Assembly: GCA_951406725.2 (NCBI GenBank)
Contig: OX597818.1
Span: 45,136,001 to 45,200,000, forward strand
Origin: Octopus vulgaris
Taxonomy: Eukaryota
DNA length: 64,000 nt
Reading direction: 5' to 3'
The notes under the pieces are model-generated. The model had not been told where the DNA came from and ran no database searches. It was given only the letters and a program-made list of their open reading frames with translations. This document shows positions 57,869 to 64,000 of this stretch, piece by piece. How positions within the stretch are numbered: the first letter of the stretch is position 1; the number at the start of each line of letters is the position of its first letter. A program made the translations under genes and the position numbers.

Positions 57869-58159
57869 AATGAAGATACACACACACACATTATCGTGGG
57901 GTTTCAGAGAAATCTCGGATAGTGGGATTCCTCGATTATCCCTAGAGGCCTTCCTGTATCAGGAGGGCCACAGCTCTATTATCCTCCCCGCTACTTTTTT
58001 TAAACCTTTGTATGCTATGCATATATCCTTTTTTTTCAGTGTATACCATGTATACTTACTTTCCTTTTTTTATCATTTTATTAAATGTAACCCCCCCTAC
58101 ACTTTATGTCTCTCTTTGTACTGTCCCCCCTTGTGGCAAATAAATGAAATTTATCATCA

Positions 58160-58221
<62 letters not shown>

Positions 58222-58790
58222 GAGTTAGAGAGCAGTGCATGCCCTCAAAGTGATATTGGAGTAAAATATACGAAGCCCAGTATACTCATCATGACTACCC
58301 GTCTGATAAGGATATACCAGGCACATGGATCACAACCATATGTGCGCGACATGGTGATTTCATATCAAGATAAACAGTGCATGACCTTGCAGGTGGGGAC
58401 CATTCGGAATTTTCTCCAGGTCGAGTAGCCCTCCCATTCAAAAGGTCCTTGGATATGGGTTGTTTAAGGATGATGAACAAAAACCCATGTTTTAGACTTT
58501 CCAGATTTGAATTATTCAAACCCCAAATAATTCCTCTCAACACAGTTATGATGCTCCTCCATTACTTCTGCACGTGATCAGTGATGCACATATCGTCAGT
58601 CACCAAAGGACATGCTCAATTGGTTAAGATCAAACAACTGACAAGCAAATCTGTGGCATTGAACAAGATATTTGCTGTAGCCCATCTTTTATACCATGAC
58701 AAAACAATGTACATGCTAACACTTCCAATCAATTAAGATCAGAAGCCATGAGAGCCACTGCCTGGTATTGCATCAAAGAATTTATTATCA

Positions 58791-58849
<59 letters not shown>

Positions 58850-59709
58850 GCTTCTCGAAATGTACACACACGTAATCATTTCACTTCGAAGCTAAACTAT
58901 AGTTAGAATTTTACCGAATCAAAATTTGAACATTTTCTTTGGAATTTTTCATAAAACAATTATAATTACTTGAGGAAGCCTGCTCGTGATAGCCAGGAAT
59001 CGACAAAAAGAAAAAAAAAAAGAAAAAGGAAATTTTGTTTTTACTGACATTTTTATTCACGTTTACACGCACATTTTTCGCTTTCAAAACGGACGCTGAA
59101 TACAAATACAGTATACGACAAAACTCTGCAGCAGCGAACGGAGAATAAAAAGCATGAAACAAAAACAAGGTACACGATTGTATGAATAAAACTAATAAAC
59201 ATTTAAATGAACAATTAACAGATAAATGTATTCCACGCAGTCTAAATTAATGTTTTGAATATAGCGATAGTAAGAACAAAAATAGGGGTGAACTTAGCAC
59301 TAAATCGTACATAGAGTCGAGGTGTTAAAACTAATTTTTCCCTATTTCTAACATAAATAGAACAAATGAAATTTTAGACTTAACACAATCCCAAGACCAA
59401 GCAGCGTGTATTTGTCGTAGGGTCAAGACAAAGGGACAACAAAGAAAAAATAGTATGTCTGTTGTAGTGGTAGACATTAACACCCCCATGCGAATAAAAG
59501 GTGACTCAACGAAATCTTAGAAACGTGTCTCGTTGAGAAACGGAGAAAAAGGCGTTTGAGCCTCGCGTATTGGTAGTCGGAAGTTACGTCTGTGAATACA
59601 TTGCTCTAACCCCGCTTCGTTAAAATCATATATCCGCAACCAAGGATATAAAAATATCTATATTTTAGTAAAAATGAAACTGAACTGAATCTACCTTCAC
59701 GACAAGAAA

Positions 59710-60407
59710 TTCAAGACATCTCGAAAGAAATGCTCTCAACGGTATCAGGAAGAAGCTATGACACTCTCTACTTTATCTTGACCTGGAGAAGTATCTCCAA
59801 GTCAACCCCGGACCAGTCCTCCCCGGCAGTTCTTGTCACCTCTATCGGGACGGTATCTGTCCCCTCCATAATTACGCATCCCAAAAGCCACTACATATCA
59901 AGTCCTAGTGAGATCCTAGGAATTCAGACACGTGCTCTACGTTTCCCCTTGTGGGTGGGGTACATAATGACTTTGCTAGTTTTGCAAGGGGTCATTGAAT
60001 GTTTCATAGCGATGGCTTCTGACCTAAACAGCACCGAAATGGTGCCGTATTGTTTGCCCCTCGCTATGTATTCGGTGTCATCTCTGATGCACCTCAGCGC
60101 CGTTTCAATACCTACTTGGGCCATTAAAGCTGCTTTTATCGTCTCTGTTGAGATGCATCTGAAAAGCACCGTTCTTTTCTCCACCACTGCAATTGCCTTT
60201 GACGGAACAGTTAGGTTGATCCAAGTTTGTACTTTTTTTAATCAGTTTCGATACCTGGGACAACATATCATCTCTATTTGTGAGGTCCACGGTGAAGTGT
60301 TGCTTTTTTTTTTTCGCGGGAAGAGGAGGGAAATCTACAGTAGTCACCAGATTCGTAGGAGGGGCAGTTTTCTTTTTTCTCAACTCTTTCAAGACGCGCT
60401 CCGCCAT
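59710..60407 (-). pseudogene. Frameshifted LINE ORF1-like (L1/Tx1-type) remnant
   Basis: AAGATGGCG start and basic N-terminus, then in another frame VEKRTVLFRC...YIARGKQYGTISVLFRSE...YPTHKGKRRARV, with stops downstream. Family assignment is inferred. Confidence 0.5.
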
Positions 60408-60639
60408 CTTATTGAGTTGTGTTTGATTAAATCAAATTAAACACCCACCGAACTTATTAGATGAGCCGAATACATCCCCTCGAGGAGCTAAACCACCACA
60501 GAAAATCAGTGAAGGTTCCTGGTATTTCTATTGATAACTTGAAATGAAATAAATAATGCAAAAAAGCACCAAACCGATGTAAATAAATGTTTTCAGCAGC
60601 TCTAACCTGGAGCTTTTGAAAACACCCATTCGGCAATGG

Positions 60640-60709
<70 letters not shown>

Positions 60710-60711
<2 letters not shown>

Positions 60712-60916
60712 TGCATTAAGCATGATAAAAAATATTCAGACAAATACATAACAAAAACACCAGGACTTACAAACACATATAACATACAGAAAATTGCACT
60801 ACTAGGCACTGCACACATCCTACGCAGAACACTTTCCATACAATAACCATCAGAGCATCACAACAAATCACAGTACATACCTAAGGCACACAGAGCACGT
60901 TATAAAAATAAAACTA

Positions 60917-60920
<4 letters not shown>
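60710..60920 (+). mobile_element. Dong-like RLE 3' end inserted in (TAA)n
   Basis: NIQKIALLGTAHILRRTLSIQ* plus UTR, with pure (TAA)n arrays on both sides. Confidence 0.8.
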
Positions 60921-61003
<83 letters not shown>

Positions 61004-61265
61004 CTTTTCTACTATAAGCACAAGGCCTGAAATTTTGGGGAGGGAACTAGTCGATTACATCTACCCAATGTTTCAATGGTACTTATTTATCGACCCCGAA
61101 AGGCAAAGTCGACCTCGGAATTTAACGACGGTCAGAATACCGCAAAGCATTTCGTCCAGTGTGCTAACGATTCTGCCAGCTCACCGCCTTAGATAATAAT
61201 GATAATAGCTGACACCGCAGTACATCTCTAGCGTTAGAAGCTGTGCAAAGACAGTAAAATAATAA

Positions 61266-61615
61266 TAAGGGCACTCAGAGAGCGCAAACCTCCACCAAGG
61301 CAACACCAATGTCCTCTCAACGATTAGCCAGAGATGATTTTTTAAAATGTGAATATCTGCTCTCAAAAACGAGAATACTAAAAATGAACCTGACCGCTCT
61401 TAAAAATTAAGTTAAAAAACATGGAAAAATAATCCAGAGTCCTTGTCCGCTACCGGATCGATCCCAAAATTTAATCAGTTCATGCCAGCCACGAGGCCAA
61501 ACATCCCTGAAAGTTTCATCCCAATCCATCCAGCAGTTCTTGAGATATCTTGTCCGCAGACAAAACAAACGCGACTGAAAACAATACCTCCGCCTTCGCT
61601 AATGCAGAGGTAATA
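61266..61615 (+). mobile_element. Helentron/DINE-like non-autonomous element
   Basis: Starts aagggcactcagagagcgcaaacctcc and ends with hairpin acctccgc..gcagaggt, in A/T-rich context. Confidence 0.55.
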
Positions 61616-62428
61616 AACCTTTCTTCTAAAGTCACAAGGCCTGAAATTTTTGTGGGGTTTGTATAAGTCGAGTACATCGACTTACTCAACTGGCACTTAT
61701 TTATAGACTCTTTGCACATACACAATTAAACCTAATACATAAATAAATTTAGCTAAAACAGCAATTTCTGCCTCGATTTCTGGATAAAACAATTCCAGTT
61801 CAAGCTTATAATAATGACTCTGAGAAAGATTCACCTTTTTTATTGCTTCAGATAAACCTAAAATACTTTCCCACTGCAAGATTTTAAAAGGACGTTCGAA
61901 ATTTGTTTTCTTATTGTAAGTCTTCATAATCTCGTTATAGCTTTTTCAAAATATTTTTCTATGTGATATTATATCATATTATATTATATTATCCAATAAG
62001 ATTCTAAAGTACCGGCTTTTATTGTATCTAATCAATCGTCGATCGATTATGCAGTAGTTAGCTGTTAACCAATAACACTTTCAGTCGGATTATTTTCCTA
62101 TATAAGCAGCTAAATGACTAGCTGGCATGTCGTTAAAATTTTATTGCAAACACAAATGTATTTATGTATGGAGATGTCTTCTTATAAAGCTGATTTATAG
62201 AAAACAAAAATCACACAATACTCTTTTACTTGTTTCTGTCATTTGACTGCGGCCATGCTGGAGCACCGCCTTTAATCGAGCAACTCGACCCCGGGACTTA
62301 TTCTTTTGTAAGCCCAGTACTTACTCTATCGGTCTCTTTTGCCGAACCGCTAAGTGACGGGGACATAAACACACCAGCATCGGTTGTCAAGCAATGCTAG
62401 GGGGACAAACACAGACACACAAACACAC

Positions 62429-62479
<51 letters not shown>

Positions 62480-63451
62480 TACGACGGGCTTCTTTCAGTT
62501 TCTCTCTACCAAATCCACTCACAAGGCTTTGGTTGGCCCGGGGCTATAGCAGAAGACACTTGCCCAAGATGCCACGCAGTGGGACTGAACCCGGAACCAT
62601 GTGGTTGGTTAGCAAGCTACTTACCACACAGCCACTCCTGTACAAGATAAATAAATTTTGGTCTTAAATTCTGGCACAGGGCCAGCAATTTCGGTGGAGG
62701 GAGTAAGTCGATTACATTAACCAAGCGTTCAACAGGTACTTATTTTATCGACCCGAACGGAATGAAAGGCAATGTAGACCTCGGCGGAATTTGAACTCAG
62801 ATCATGAAGACGGTCGAAATGCCGCTAAGCATTTTGTCTAGCGTGTTAACGATTCTGCCACCTTACATCCAAACGCCTTACAAAACACACACAAATATTA
62901 ACGAACCAACAGGCATGCCTCTACGTAGTCGCTCGATCTTCAAGAAACAGTAACCAAATCTCCGCATCTTACAGAGAAGACACACAGGATAATGACGCCC
63001 ACGACATGCTATATTAGAAAATAAACTGAAACCGTAAAAAAATAAACTTTAAGATATTTGAGCTCCATATCACAGATGTACTGCTGTATTTCAATGACAG
63101 TTAACCAAGTTGAAGCCTTACATTTCCTATAGTAAATCAATTAAATTGAAATTTTCAGTCATCTCTTCAAGCATTGCAGATGTGGTCACTTTCGCAACCA
63201 CGAGGATTCGGTTTCAGTCTACTGACCGACAATTTGGGTACCTTGTACTACAGCCGACCAATGCCCTATGAATAAATATGGTAGACGGAAACTGAAAGAA
63301 GCCCGTCCTACACACATACAAACAAATACACACACACACACAAACACACACACACATATATATAAAGTATGTGGGTTTAGTTCACAAAGTGATCTAAACG
63401 ATTAGGTACGCTAGGTAACGGATTGCTTTAACGTTTCACGTCTTGTTTAAC

Positions 63452-63491
<40 letters not shown>

Positions 63492-63667
63492 GTATATATG
63501 TATGTATAAACATGTATGTATGTATAAATATGTATATATGTGTGTGTATATATATGTATATATATATTTATATATGTATGTATATATATGCAAACACAGA
63601 TTGTAAGTGAATGAGGAAGATTTAATACATGGTGCGGATTTTTTATACGTTCACTCACACACACGCA

Positions 63668-63726
<59 letters not shown>

Positions 63727-64000
63727 GTATTTGTGTTTGAAAAGGTTAAACGAAAGAGGTCACACACCAGAAAAAAATTCTTCCAAAACAGGGTTAGTAC
63801 CTTGCACATAAAAGATTTCATAACACCTTTTAAAAAGTAATTCTTTTAAAAAATCACTTTTACACTTCCTAATTCTCATAAACTTTCAAAAATATGTGTG
63901 TGTGTGTGTGTGTGTTAACTATAAGAGAAGCTGTATTAGATCAACATAGCCATCTGTGTATTATACTTAAGGGAAATATATCGTGAAAAGGCATAATCAG

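Noticed and set aside
59730-60440. 236-aa plus-strand ORF
   Set aside because: Most likely the antisense shadow of the decayed minus-strand ORF1-like sequence. No recognisable domain or splice context.

Overview
Eukaryotic, AT-rich, repeat-saturated genomic DNA. The SINE, microsatellite and LINE repertoire points to a coleoid cephalopod (octopus-like); this is inferred from recognised repeat families, not from a search. Most supplied ORFs are translations of microsatellites or SINEs. One credible host gene lies on the minus strand: three coding exons (15087-14941, 2344-2272, 563-454) splice in frame to a 109-aa protein of unknown identity. Its CpG-decayed body changes to CpG-retaining DNA near exon 1. 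The remainder is at least four tRNA-derived SINE families, decayed CR1/L2-type, RTE-type and R4/Dong-type (RLE) retrotransposons, a mariner pseudogene, and mariner, Tigger, piggyBac, Helitron and Helentron-type non-autonomous elements. The most notable observations are minimal hammerhead-ribozyme motifs in inverted Penelope-like termini, RLE retrotransposons associated with (TACA)n and (TAA)n microsatellites, and a 47.8-50.9 kb cluster of (AT)n-centred fold-back palindromes and templated duplications. No prokaryotic system, CRISPR array, rRNA or bona fide tRNA was found.
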